From IMG/VR virus record IMGVR_UViG_3300017917_002068, positions 1-64,000 of that record: DNA of 64,000 bases. One strand, written 5' to 3'. The notes under the pieces are model-generated. The model searched no databases, was not told the DNA's origin, and was given only the letters and a program-made list of their open reading frames with translations. The number at the start of each line of letters is the position of its first letter. Positions within the stretch are counted from its first letter, which is position 1. Made by a program: the position numbers and the translations under genes. This document shows, in pieces, positions 46,234-56,218 of this stretch. The stretch comes from a virus.

Positions 46234-46866
46234 ATGAGCGGATTTACATTTGAGTTTAAAAAAGAGCATCTAAAAGAAATTATCGGACCGAATCCTTATT
46301 TGGATTATTGGTACAATGCTATTTGCGAAATCCTTCCAGTATATGAAATCCATACACCAGAACGTGTAGCAGCATTTCTAGCCCAGTGTGCGCATGAAAG
46401 TGGTAACTTTAAATTCCTAAAAGAAAATTTAAACTATCGTGCAGAAAGTCTAACAAAAACATTTTCTAAATACTTTCCAGATCTAGCCACAGCGAAACAA
46501 TATGAAAAACAACCAGAAAAGATCGCCAACAAGGTCTATGCTAATCGTATGGGCAACGGAGACGAAGCCAGCGGTGATGGATTCCGTTATTTAGGTCGTG
46601 GTCTTATTCAATTAACTGGTAAAAACAATTATACATTGTTTGCTGCCGCGATCGATACACCATTAGAACAAATTCCAGAGTACCTACAGACATTTGAAGG
46701 TGCTATACAATCAGCTTGCTGGTTCTGGGAACAGAATAATTTAAATCAATGGGCAGATAAAAAAGATATTCTTACACTAACCAAACGTATCAATGGTGGT
46801 ACTATTGGTCTAGCAGACAGAGAAAAACATTATAAACACGCATTACATATGTTCGGGATTCATTAA
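46234..46866 (+). CDS. Endolysin, glycoside hydrolase family 19
   Basis: FLAQCAHES, ENLNY, GRGLIQLTG..NY and INGG. Confidence 0.9.
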   Translation: MSGFTFEFKKEHLKEIIGPNPYLDYWYNAICEILPVYEIHTPERVAAFLAQCAHESGNFKFLKENLNYRAESLTKTFSKYFPDLATAKQYEKQPEKIANKVYANRMGNGDEASGDGFRYLGRGLIQLTGKNNYTLFAAAIDTPLEQIPEYLQTFEGAIQSACWFWEQNNLNQWADKKDILTLTKRINGGTIGLADREKHYKHALHMFGIH

Positions 46867-46868
46867 TC

Positions 46869-47369
46869 ATGTTCGGAATCGGTGGCGCCATTAAAGCAAT
46901 CGTAGCACTTATTATAGTGCTTGTAGTCGCTGTTGGCGGGTATTTTTTAATTAACCTTAAAGCAGATCTAGCCATAGCTCAACAAAATGCCAAAGCTCTA
47001 GAAGACGGAGTTAAAGCACAACAAGAAACCATGGCTCAGATGAAAGCAGACCAACAAAAAATCAAGGAGCTGAATAATGAACTTAACACCACAATTAAGC
47101 TACAAAACAAAGATATGGAGAATCTTAAAGATAGGTTCTCAACAACTGCCAGTGGTGAGAAGCGCGACTTTGGTAAAACGGCAGCAGCCAAACCAACTTC
47201 ATTAGAACGTGCTGTAAATCGTGGAACCCTAAATGCTATGCGCTGTCTAGAAATAGCCAGCGGAGCAGAATTAACGGAAGCTGAAAAAAATGCAACTAAA
47301 CCAAGTGAGATCAATCGTGAATGCCCCTCGTTGGCTAACCCTAACTACAAGCCTGCTGCTGGTAACTAG
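46869..47369 (+). CDS. Inner-membrane spanin (Rz-like)
   Basis: N-terminal TM plus coiled coil; follows the endolysin. Confidence 0.7.
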   Translation: MFGIGGAIKAIVALIIVLVVAVGGYFLINLKADLAIAQQNAKALEDGVKAQQETMAQMKADQQKIKELNNELNTTIKLQNKDMENLKDRFSTTASGEKRDFGKTAAAKPTSLERAVNRGTLNAMRCLEIASGAELTEAEKNATKPSEINRECPSLANPNYKPAAGN

Positions 47370-47724
47370 TCTTACCGGCTGTGCCAGTTTCGACTTCTTA
47401 GGGAAGCGTGAGAAGCCTATTGAGATCACAACTAAGGCAGCAGAAAAAACTCCATTAGATATTGCACAACCAGATCCTTTAAAATTAAAACCGATCGAAT
47501 GGGTTTTAGTAACTCCGGGCAATCAAGAAGAAGTATTTAAGAAATTAGAAGAAAAAGGCAACGACCCGGTGATATTTGCATTAACCGCCGACGGTTATCA
47601 ACAGTTGGCTGTAACTATCGCTGAATTAAGAAACCTAATCAACACACAACGTAATATTATTATCAAATATAAAGAGTATTACGAACCTAAGAAAGAAGAA
47701 ACTAAAACCGAAGAAAAGAAATGA
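47290..47724 (+). CDS. Outer-membrane spanin lipoprotein (Rz1-like)
   Basis: Lipobox LTGC; overlaps the 3' end of the i-spanin. Confidence 0.7.
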   Translation: MQLNQVRSIVNAPRWLTLTTSLLLVTSLTGCASFDFLGKREKPIEITTKAAEKTPLDIAQPDPLKLKPIEWVLVTPGNQEEVFKKLEEKGNDPVIFALTADGYQQLAVTIAELRNLINTQRNIIIKYKEYYEPKKEETKTEEKK

Positions 47725-47939
47725 ACAATGAAGTAAAGGAAATCAATTGGTGGCAGAAATTTCTTAGAAAAAAAGCTAAACTAACTTATTGGCTGGGCTC
47801 ACAGGTCTATGTTATTGAAGTTTGCGATTTTACCGAGAAGTCACCAGAATGTATAGTTTTCAAAGATTATTATACTAAAAAAGCTATTATGGTCAAACAT
47901 AATATTCCTATTACCTATGTGTTGGAAGAAGTAAAATGA
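47721..47939 (+). CDS. Hypothetical protein
   Basis: ATGA overlaps at both ends. Confidence 0.65.
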   Translation: MNNEVKEINWWQKFLRKKAKLTYWLGSQVYVIEVCDFTEKSPECIVFKDYYTKKAIMVKHNIPITYVLEEVK

Positions 47940-48373
47940 GTAATGAAGGAGCGACAAACATGGGGAAAAGATTACAGGCAGAATCTTTTTACGATCAATT
48001 TGACATAAATCAAGACGGTATCGTTTGTGATGATGAGATGGCAAGAGCAGAACAAATGATGATGATCGAAAATGAAGATAAAAAACAAGATGCTCAAAGG
48101 AATATGGCATGGTTCGCATTAGGCGGTATGTTGCTATATCCTTTTGCTGTAGTACTCGCTATATGGTTGGGTTTAGAAAAGGCCGGCGAGATTTTAGGAG
48201 ATATGGCTGCTACATATTTTGTATCAGTGGCAGCTATCGTAGCAGCGTTTTATGGTAAAGAAGCTTTCGTGGCAAAAAATAATCCACCGGCTCCTGCGCC
48301 AACAAGAACTTTTGGGGCAGCACCTAGGCCAGCACCGAAGGGACCTGCACCGCAGCAGGATCAAGAAATCTAA
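47936..48373 (+). CDS. Putative holin (2 TM) with an N-terminal EF-hand-like loop
   Basis: DINQDGIVCDDE; two hydrophobic helices; within the lysis cluster. Confidence 0.55.
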   Translation: MSNEGATNMGKRLQAESFYDQFDINQDGIVCDDEMARAEQMMMIENEDKKQDAQRNMAWFALGGMLLYPFAVVLAIWLGLEKAGEILGDMAATYFVSVAAIVAAFYGKEAFVAKNNPPAPAPTRTFGAAPRPAPKGPAPQQDQEI

Positions 48374-48383
48374 GGAGATTAAT

Positions 48384-48659
48384 ATGAAATTATTTGCAAC
48401 AGCGTTATTCGCAGGTATGATGGTGATGGGCACAGCCGCATGTGCTAAAGAAGAACCAAAAAAAGAACCGGTAAAAGCCGAAGAAGTTAAAAAAGATGCG
48501 GCAGCGCCTCAATATAAGACTGTCTGTTTAGATGTACAGGGCAAAGACGGAAAACCAGTGATCGATGCTAAGACCGGTAAGCCAAAACAAAACTGTACCA
48601 AAGTTCGTGTCAGAGAAAAGTTTGAAGGCACTAAAATCGAAGACGCTAAGAAAAAATAA
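48384..48659 (+). CDS. Secreted/lipoprotein-like hypothetical protein
   Basis: AAGGAG RBS; signal peptide MKLFATALFAGMMVMGTAAC. Confidence 0.7.
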   Translation: MKLFATALFAGMMVMGTAACAKEEPKKEPVKAEEVKKDAAAPQYKTVCLDVQGKDGKPVIDAKTGKPKQNCTKVRVREKFEGTKIEDAKKK

Positions 48660-48666
48660 TCACTCT

Positions 48667-48713
48667 TTGACATTTTAAGAAAGGTATAGTATAATTATTA
48701 CTATACCTTTTTT
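48667..48713 (+). promoter_or_regulatory. Sigma70 promoter whose -10 box sits in a 12-bp inverted repeat/terminator
   Basis: TTGACA 48667, TATAAT 48690; AAAGGTATAGTA/TACTATACCTTT. Confidence 0.7.
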
Positions 48714-48718
48714 CATCT

Positions 48719-49525
48719 ATGACAGATTATTATAAAATATTAGGCATTAATAAAAATGCCACAGCAGAAGAAATCAAAAAGGCATATCGCGGTCTTGCGA
48801 TGAAGCATCACCCCGATCGTGGCGGTGATGAAAAAAAATTCAAAGAGATCGAAGAAGCTTATAGAATTTTGAGCGATCCTGCACAAAAAGCCAATTACGA
48901 TAATCCAAATCCGTTTGGCAGCGGGAATATAAACGAGGAAGTTTTCGAGCAGTTTTTTAGGAATCCTTTTGGATTCGGTAACGGTTTTAGATCCTCTCCA
49001 AAAAATCCTAGCATACATGTAACCATTGACATAACTTTAGAAGATGCGTTTCGAGGAAAAACTATAGATGCAGAAATAGGATTGTCAAATGGAAAAACTA
49101 AATTAGTGTCTATTAATATTCCTCCCGGGATTGAAACAGGAATGCAGGTAAAATATAACGGCATGGGCGAAACCATACACCCAAAGTTACAACCCGGAGA
49201 CCTGATAGCTACTATCAGAGTTATGAATCATAAAATATGGCAGAGGCAGGGCGATCATCTTATCTACGAAAAAAGTATTTCTGCTTGGGATGCCATGTTA
49301 GGATCAACTTTAACAATAACAACTATAGATGGAAAGATGTTAAGTATTAATATACCATCCGGCACACAGCCAGAAACTACGCTAAGTTGCAAAGGTGAAG
49401 GAATGCCTAATGTAAGATCAGGACAAAGAGGGAATTTATTAATTAAAATTAAAGTTGAAATACCGAAAAACATTAACAAAGAACAGGCAAAATTAATCGA
49501 GGATATAAAAAAGTATGGAATTTAA
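48719..49525 (+). CDS. DnaJ-class chaperone without a zinc finger (CbpA-like)
   Basis: J-domain with HPD, G/F stretch and DnaJ C-terminal domain. Confidence 0.92.
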   Translation: MTDYYKILGINKNATAEEIKKAYRGLAMKHHPDRGGDEKKFKEIEEAYRILSDPAQKANYDNPNPFGSGNINEEVFEQFFRNPFGFGNGFRSSPKNPSIHVTIDITLEDAFRGKTIDAEIGLSNGKTKLVSINIPPGIETGMQVKYNGMGETIHPKLQPGDLIATIRVMNHKIWQRQGDHLIYEKSISAWDAMLGSTLTITTIDGKMLSINIPSGTQPETTLSCKGEGMPNVRSGQRGNLLIKIKVEIPKNINKEQAKLIEDIKKYGI

Positions 49526-50009
49526 ACTAGGGCCTCACGAAACATTAGTGCAGGTTAGTACGACATGGGAGTTTGATAAAGATCAGAATGCCGAACAGCT
49601 TGAAAAGGCTATGTGTGAATTTATGATTCAGGAAGGTGGTATTGGTTTAGCAGCAAATCAAATCGGATTATCAAAACGTGTATTTGTTATGGGTAGCAAC
49701 AAAATCGAAGGATTCCCGACTCCGTTTGCATTGTTTAATCCAGAAATTTTAGAAGCTAGTGAAGAACAATCATTAGACAAAGAAGGTTGTCTAAGTTATC
49801 CAGATTTGTGGATAAATGTAAAAAGGCCAGCTGTGATCAAGGTAAGGTATCAAAACAGCAAAGGCGATGTCATCGAAGCTGGTATGAGTGGATTGATCGC
49901 TAGATGCTTTCAACACGAATTAGATCATCTTAATGGCATTTGTTTTATAGACAAAGTCAGTCAGATGAAGTTACAATTAGCAATGAAAAAACTTAAAAAG
50001 AGAAAGTAA
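49515..50009 (+). CDS. def: Peptide deformylase
   Basis: GIGLAANQ, EGCLS and QHELDHL. Confidence 0.95.
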   Translation: MEFKLGPHETLVQVSTTWEFDKDQNAEQLEKAMCEFMIQEGGIGLAANQIGLSKRVFVMGSNKIEGFPTPFALFNPEILEASEEQSLDKEGCLSYPDLWINVKRPAVIKVRYQNSKGDVIEAGMSGLIARCFQHELDHLNGICFIDKVSQMKLQLAMKKLKKRK

Positions 50010-50011
50010 TT

Positions 50012-52360
50012 ATGTTAGAACCAAGTGAAAAATTACAAGCGGTTTTTGAAAAAGCGATTGACATCGCTCAAAGACTAAATCACGAATACATTACCTTAGA
50101 GCATCTTACTTTCGCTATAATGTGTGATGACGAGATTTATAATAGTCTAGGTGAGTTTGGTGCTAACAGCGAATTCATTAAAACTAATCTAGAACATTTT
50201 CTAAAAAATCAACTTAACGATATTGTTAATCCTGAAAATAAAAATAAACCACGCAGAACTAATTCTGTCGAACGTGTATTGAATCGATCATTTACACAGG
50301 TATTATTTTCTGGAAGGCAAAGAATTGAAGTTGAAGATGTATTAGTTGCCGTATTATCAGAAAAGAAAAGTTTTGCATATTTTTATCTAACAAAAGCAGG
50401 AGTAGTTAAAGATAAACTGTTGCAATTCTATCAAGGAAAATTTGAACACGAAGAAGAAGAAGGAACTAGAGCGGTGGCAGTACATCCTAACCAAATAGAA
50501 AAAATCCTAAACGCATACTGTACTAATCTGTCACTGATGGCTAAACAGAAGAAAATTGATCCAGTTATTGGCAGAGATGTTGAAATTGAAAATATTCAAT
50601 TGATTCTGGCTCGAAGATCTAAAAGCAATGTTCTGTTAGTAGGAGATCCCGGCGTTGGTAAGACTGCTATCGCAGAAGGTCTAGCACGTAAGATTTTTGA
50701 AAAGAAAGTTCCTAAGTTTATTCAGGATCATCAGGTTTATACTTTAGACATCAGTTCGCTGTTAGCTGGTTCAAAGTATCGTGGTGATTTTGAGGAAAGA
50801 ATGAAAGCAGTTCTTTCTGCCTTAGAAAAGAAAGGAAAGATCATCCTGTTCATTGACGAAGCACATATGATGAACGGTGCAGGTGCTGCTAATGGTTCTG
50901 CAAACGATATGGCCAATATGTTGAAGCCTATGCTGACCAAAGGTACTATGAAGGTTATCGCTTCAACTACTTGGGAAGAATATCGTAAGCACTTTGAAAA
51001 AGATCGCGCACTAATGCGCCGTTTCCAGCGTGTAACTATCGACGAACCCACACCAGAACTTACTGTTAAAATTCTTAAAGGTGTAAAGAAATACTACGAG
51101 CAACATCATAATGTTAAGATTACTGATGCTGCGATTGAACAGGCAGTTAAATTATCTATCAAATATATGCCGGATAAAAAATTACCCGATAAGGCAATTG
51201 ATATATTAGATTGTGCTGCTGCTCGTTATAAAATCAAAGATTTTGACGGATCGGATTCAGATATTATTAACTTTGTTGATCTCGAACAAGTCATGTTTGA
51301 AGTTGGTAAAATGGTAAATCTTCCGTTAGAGTCTGTGGCAGAAAGAGAATCAAAAAATCTAGCCAATCTAGAATCTTCTATGAAAAATTCAGTATTTGGT
51401 CAAGACGATGCTGTTGATAATCTTTTAGATAAAATTTTTGTTGCTCAGGCAGGAATGAAGGCTCCTAATAAACCTATTGGCTGTTTCTTATTCGTGGGCC
51501 CTACCGGCTGCGGTAAAACAGAAACTGCTAAACAATTAGCAGAAAAAATGAGTATGCCTCTTGTACGTTTCGATATGAGTGAGTATCAAGAGAAGCACAG
51601 TGTTGCACGATTGATCGGTGCTCCTCCTGGCTATGTAGGCTACGAAGAAAACGCAGGACAATTAATTACCAAACTGCAGGAAACTCCAAACTGTATTCTA
51701 CTGTTAGACGAAATTGAAAAATCACATCCAGATGTTTCTAATATTCTGTTACAGTTCATGGATAATGGGTTTGTTACAGGTTCTAACGGGAAACAGGCCG
51801 ACGGCAGAAACACTATACTTATTATGACATCGAATCTAGGTGCGTCTGATAACGAAAAGAATACTATCGGTTTTGGAGATCTAGCTAAAGAAGGTGAAGA
51901 TGATAAAGCAGTTAAAAAATTCTTTCCGCCAGAGTTTCGCAATCGCTTAGATGCTATTGTTAAGTTTGGAAAACTTTCTCAAGATACTGTTAAAGTTATC
52001 GTTGATAAATTCGTCCGTGATCTTAATAATCAAATCAAAGACAAGCATGTTGAGATTGTTCTAGATGAAAGTTCTAGAACATGGTTAGCTGAAAGAGGAT
52101 ATGACGCTAAAATGGGTGCTAGGCCGCTGGCTAGACTTATTGACAATGAAGTTAAATCTCCCCTTAGTAGAAAAATCCTGTTCGGGGATCTTAAAGAAGG
52201 AGGAAGAGTTTTTATCAGTGCTATCGATAATAAACTAACCTTTACTATTAAAAATCTCGGAGATGAATTATCGAAACTTGAAAAACGAGCCTTTAAGCAT
52301 CAGAAAAGAATCCAAGACGGTCAACCTCTCTTAACAAATGAACAAAGTCAAGCAAACTAA
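50012..52360 (+). CDS. clpA: ATP-dependent Clp chaperone ClpA
   Basis: Clp N domain; two AAA modules (GDPGVGKT, GPTGCGKT); IGF loop; no M-domain. Confidence 0.92.
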   Translation: MLEPSEKLQAVFEKAIDIAQRLNHEYITLEHLTFAIMCDDEIYNSLGEFGANSEFIKTNLEHFLKNQLNDIVNPENKNKPRRTNSVERVLNRSFTQVLFSGRQRIEVEDVLVAVLSEKKSFAYFYLTKAGVVKDKLLQFYQGKFEHEEEEGTRAVAVHPNQIEKILNAYCTNLSLMAKQKKIDPVIGRDVEIENIQLILARRSKSNVLLVGDPGVGKTAIAEGLARKIFEKKVPKFIQDHQVYTLDISSLLAGSKYRGDFEERMKAVLSALEKKGKIILFIDEAHMMNGAGAANGSANDMANMLKPMLTKGTMKVIASTTWEEYRKHFEKDRALMRRFQRVTIDEPTPELTVKILKGVKKYYEQHHNVKITDAAIEQAVKLSIKYMPDKKLPDKAIDILDCAAARYKIKDFDGSDSDIINFVDLEQVMFEVGKMVNLPLESVAERESKNLANLESSMKNSVFGQDDAVDNLLDKIFVAQAGMKAPNKPIGCFLFVGPTGCGKTETAKQLAEKMSMPLVRFDMSEYQEKHSVARLIGAPPGYVGYEENAGQLITKLQETPNCILLLDEIEKSHPDVSNILLQFMDNGFVTGSNGKQADGRNTILIMTSNLGASDNEKNTIGFGDLAKEGEDDKAVKKFFPPEFRNRLDAIVKFGKLSQDTVKVIVDKFVRDLNNQIKDKHVEIVLDESSRTWLAERGYDAKMGARPLARLIDNEVKSPLSRKILFGDLKEGGRVFISAIDNKLTFTIKNLGDELSKLEKRAFKHQKRIQDGQPLLTNEQSQAN

Positions 52361-53009
52361 AAGGTCCTTTTACGGTAAGTGGTTTTATAAAATCAGTCTT
52401 AGCTTAGAGGGATCCTTCATTCTAAGGAATAAAGAGTTATGCGAAATATCCTCTTATATTTCTTCTATGAAGGGAATAGCCTACAATACACATAGTTCAA
52501 ACTATAAAATCCTTAAAAACAAAGATAACCTTATAAAGATAGCAGAGTTCCTTTTACCGTACCCTAAAGATCTTTACGGAATGAGAAGTGAAACAGGAAT
52601 TATTGATTTTTACACCAACGACAAAGCTTTCTACGAACATCTTATCGACGAATTCAAAGATATAGTACGAATCTGCTATCAACCAGATACTGAAAATCTT
52701 GACGTTCTAAAAGAAAAGAAAAATATCATAGTTAGAAAGTTACCTCACGATAGATACAGATATAAGATTTTTTTACTTCCTCATAAAATCAAAGATGATC
52801 ATCAGAAAGAATCCTTTTTATCCTGGATTGAAACACAAGATGGCAAGATAACTTTAACACCAGCTGTTAAAGAATGGTTTATGGCCACTAGGTGGAACTG
52901 GGATCGTAGATATGTATTAGTCGAAGATGAAAAAACCCTCTTAATGCTTAAGCTAAGAGGCCCCGAAGCAATAGGCTCGATTTACGATTACGTTATTTCT
53001 GATAAATAG
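52338..53009 (+). CDS. Hypothetical protein
   Basis: 223-aa ORF. Confidence 0.8.
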   Translation: MNKVKQTKRSFYGKWFYKISLSLEGSFILRNKELCEISSYISSMKGIAYNTHSSNYKILKNKDNLIKIAEFLLPYPKDLYGMRSETGIIDFYTNDKAFYEHLIDEFKDIVRICYQPDTENLDVLKEKKNIIVRKLPHDRYRYKIFLLPHKIKDDHQKESFLSWIETQDGKITLTPAVKEWFMATRWNWDRRYVLVEDEKTLLMLKLRGPEAIGSIYDYVISDK

Positions 53010-53012
53010 TTG

Positions 53013-53360
53013 ATGTCCAAAGAAACCACCATTTTACTTGAAAATATAACCGTCGAATCGGTAAATTCTGATCTAATCTATTCTGAAAAACAGAAGGGTT
53101 CTGGGTATCATAAACTCGACGACGGCTTGCATACCTATGTATATTCAGTGGATAGTTTCGTTGGTTCTATAAAATTGCAGGGTACTCTAGAACTTTATCC
53201 CGGTGATAACGACTGGGTTGATATCGATGGAACTGTTTTCGACGGTGACAGCACTATATCTAGCGATCCAACTGGCAATTTCGTTGGTAATTTCATTTGG
53301 ATCCGTGCCGCTTACAATCTGCAAGACGGTACTATTCAGCAAATCCGTTATAATCACTAA
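53013..53360 (+). CDS. Hypothetical, probably virion, protein
   Basis: GATAAATA upstream; beta-rich. Confidence 0.75.
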   Translation: MSKETTILLENITVESVNSDLIYSEKQKGSGYHKLDDGLHTYVYSVDSFVGSIKLQGTLELYPGDNDWVDIDGTVFDGDSTISSDPTGNFVGNFIWIRAAYNLQDGTIQQIRYNH

Positions 53361-53404
53361 GTACTAATCAACGATAAATATAGTATTGCTCCACGAGGAA
53401 TACT

Positions 53405-54154
53405 ATGAGAGACATATTATCTAAATTAGACGCTTTAATAAGCGAAACCGCACTTCGAGACAAAGAAGATCTAGAAGCTAAAAGACAGGCTCTAGCTGAT
53501 CTAGAAGCCGATCCGATAGCTAGTCAAGACCCAGAAATTTCAGCAGCCATCGATCAGCGCAAAGCTGATCTAGAAAAAGAGGCTAAATCTAAAGGATTTA
53601 CAGAAGACGAAGATCTTTATCAGATCGGAGACGATTTTGGTATCAGTTTTTCTGAAGATTTCGAAGTTGGAACTGAAATCGTAGATATCGTAGAAGACGG
53701 TATCGTTATCGATCTAGACGAAACAGCGTTCGAATATCTAACACAAAATGGTTTTACATTCGAAGAGATACAGTTAGACGAAGAAAAACAAAAAGGTCTA
53801 GATGGCAAAGCCTGCTGGAAAGGTTACAAGCGTATGGGCACTAAAATGAAAGGTGGCAAACGTGTAGATAACTGTGTTAAGATGGGCGAAGATATTGACG
53901 AAGAACAAACAGATGAAGCCAAATATCAAGGACGTGAAGTTCCATTAGGCAAGCCCATGAAAGGTGATGTCAAGAAATCTAAGGTCTATGTTAGAAATCC
54001 GCAAGGCAATGTTGTAAAAGTTAATTTCGGCGACAAGAAGATGCGTATTAAGAAATCTAATCCTAATCGCCGCAAGAGTTTCCGTGCTAGACATAACTGC
54101 GCCAATCCAGGTCCAAGACATAAAGCACGTTATTGGTCATGTAGGGCTTGGTAA
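53405..54154 (+). CDS. Modular acidic/basic protein, candidate internal head protein
   Basis: GATAAATA upstream; modules CWKGY..NCVK and V.FG...FRARHNC...YWSC. Confidence 0.8.
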   Translation: MRDILSKLDALISETALRDKEDLEAKRQALADLEADPIASQDPEISAAIDQRKADLEKEAKSKGFTEDEDLYQIGDDFGISFSEDFEVGTEIVDIVEDGIVIDLDETAFEYLTQNGFTFEEIQLDEEKQKGLDGKACWKGYKRMGTKMKGGKRVDNCVKMGEDIDEEQTDEAKYQGREVPLGKPMKGDVKKSKVYVRNPQGNVVKVNFGDKKMRIKKSNPNRRKSFRARHNCANPGPRHKARYWSCRAW

Positions 54155-54155
54155 T

Positions 54156-54521
54156 ATGAAATTAATAGAATTATTTTCTCGTCCAGATCCGGACAGTGAT
54201 GACAAAAGAAAAGATCCTAGATTAGATCATGAGATCAATTATGCCGATGATTTAAAATATTTCATCGACAACGAAGATACTGTTTTATCAAAGTTTTTCT
54301 TTCCAGCTATCGACAAACAAAAAAGAATGAATGATCAAGAAGGTTCTTTTAAATTGTATATAGATCCTGTTTCTAAATCAGTTGATATATATTGCAAAAA
54401 ATTTAAGCTAGATGATATTAGAGATAAGATCTTTAATAAAGAAATAATTTCTGATGTTGCTAAAAAAATCGCCAGTGAGCAAAGCGAGCATATCAAGAAA
54501 AAGGCCTACGACGAAAAATGA
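54156..54521 (+). CDS. Hypothetical protein (MKLIELF...)
   Basis: ATG immediately after the upstream stop. Confidence 0.75.
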   Translation: MKLIELFSRPDPDSDDKRKDPRLDHEINYADDLKYFIDNEDTVLSKFFFPAIDKQKRMNDQEGSFKLYIDPVSKSVDIYCKKFKLDDIRDKIFNKEIISDVAKKIASEQSEHIKKKAYDEK

Positions 54522-55678
54522 AACTAAGACAGCTATTTGAAAGTTCTGGTAAAACAGCGGCAGTCACATTTGGCCGATTAAATCCCCCTACCATTGGACA
54601 TCAAAAATTAGTCAATGCTGTATTAAAGCAAAAAGCCGATGCACATTTTTTGTTTGTTTCGCAGACAACTAAAACTACAGGAAAAAATGCTACTCGTCTT
54701 GCAAATCCTATACCTTTCGATATTAAATTAGGATTTGTACAAAAAGCTTTTCCGAATATTAACATCGGTGATACATCAGTAAAAACAGTAATAAGTATGC
54801 TACAGTTTTTAGAACAACAAGGTTATGAAAATGTTATTTTTGTAGGCGGATCAGATCGTGTTGCAGACTTTGAAGAATTGTTTAATAAACAAAATGGTAT
54901 CGATTACAATCTTAAATCAATTCAAGTAGTATCGAGTGGTGAAAGAGATCCGGATGCAGAAGGTGCAGAAGGTATGAGTGCTAGTAAAATGCGGGCTGCG
55001 GCCATTGCTGATGATTTTAAATCGTTCAAAACCGGATTGCCTTCCGGCTTGCAAGGAGATGCTGAAGAAGTATTTTCCGCTGTTAAACAAGGATTAGAAC
55101 CTTGGCTTGAACAAAAAGTAGGTGAAGGCGTCAAATCAAAAATTGCAGGAGCTGCGTTGGCCGCTGCTAATTTACTAGGCAGTCCAGCACAGGCAGCAGA
55201 AGAACCTGCTAAGCCTATTACTATTGCCTATGTAATGATTGACGGAGAAGTAAGAAAATATAATTTAGGTGATAAATTTAACAATGCTCGTGATGCTGAA
55301 GAATTTATTAGCAGCGTTTTAGATAAAAAAGGACTATCAGGTTACACGCTAGATATCAAACACGGTTATCCTAAAAAGAAAGATGTTAAGGAAGCACCTA
55401 TAGAATTTGATCCAGACGAGCCGATGAATCCGATGATCTACGGTGCCGGTGGCAATCCTGCTAAACTACAATATAGAATGATGCGGGCTGCTAATCAATT
55501 AAAAGATCTAGCATCAAGATCAGAAAAAGCATCTCCTGCCGAATGGCAAACTATTTCTAGACAATTTGACGAGCTGTCTATGAACATCGGTCAAATTAAA
55601 CACGGCTTAGAAGAATTAGCCAAGCAACGAAAGAAAGGCGGAGTTCGTAGCCGAGGCATTGATCCAACCATAGGTTAA
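54518..55678 (+). CDS. HxGH-type nucleotidyltransferase-like domain fused to extra modules
   Basis: FGRLNPPTIGH, GSDR and MSASKMR; C-terminal modules follow VGE and VKE. Confidence 0.75.
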   Translation: MKLRQLFESSGKTAAVTFGRLNPPTIGHQKLVNAVLKQKADAHFLFVSQTTKTTGKNATRLANPIPFDIKLGFVQKAFPNINIGDTSVKTVISMLQFLEQQGYENVIFVGGSDRVADFEELFNKQNGIDYNLKSIQVVSSGERDPDAEGAEGMSASKMRAAAIADDFKSFKTGLPSGLQGDAEEVFSAVKQGLEPWLEQKVGEGVKSKIAGAALAAANLLGSPAQAAEEPAKPITIAYVMIDGEVRKYNLGDKFNNARDAEEFISSVLDKKGLSGYTLDIKHGYPKKKDVKEAPIEFDPDEPMNPMIYGAGGNPAKLQYRMMRAANQLKDLASRSEKASPAEWQTISRQFDELSMNIGQIKHGLEELAKQRKKGGVRSRGIDPTIG

Positions 55679-55681
55679 ATT

Positions 55682-55891
55682 ATGGATTTAAATGATTTAA
55701 AAAAATTAGCAGGGATTAACGAGTTCAAAGGTTATAAACCATATGAAGGTAGTAACGTTTCTATCACAGGTATGGAAAAGCAAGAATTAGAAAAAAAACA
55801 TAATATCAAACCCGGAACTCCCGAATGGTTCCAGCTATGGTTTTCAAAACCTTATCTAACCGGAGAACCACCAGTAGGTAAAAGAAAATGA
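55682..55891 (+). CDS. Hypothetical protein
   Basis: LKKLAGI and [12 protein letters not shown]. Confidence 0.75.
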   Translation: MDLNDLKKLAGINEFKGYKPYEGSNVSITGMEKQELEKKHNIKPGTPEWFQLWFSKPYLTGEPPVGKRK

Positions 55892-56214
55892 TCGAAATTA
55901 CAGAAGCAGCTAAACAAAAAGTCATAGATTTATTAATCGATGAAAATAATCCTAATTTAAAACTTCGTACCTTCGTTCAAGGTGGAGGTTGTTCTGGTTT
56001 TCAATATGGCTTTACATTTGACGAAGAACAGAACGAAGATGATTTCGAGATTATGCTTAACGACAAATATAAATTGTTAATAGATGCTATGAGCATGAAT
56101 TACATGCAGGGTGCCGTGATAGACTTTAACGATGATATCATGGGATCTAATTTTAATATTAAAAATCCTAATGCACAAACAACTTGTGGATGCGGAAGTA
56201 GTTTTTCGGTGTGA
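55888..56214 (+). CDS. erpA: A-type Fe-S carrier ErpA-like
   Basis: [11 protein letters not shown] and [13 protein letters not shown]. Confidence 0.88.
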   Translation: MIEITEAAKQKVIDLLIDENNPNLKLRTFVQGGGCSGFQYGFTFDEEQNEDDFEIMLNDKYKLLIDAMSMNYMQGAVIDFNDDIMGSNFNIKNPNAQTTCGCGSSFSV

Positions 56215-56218
56215 TATT

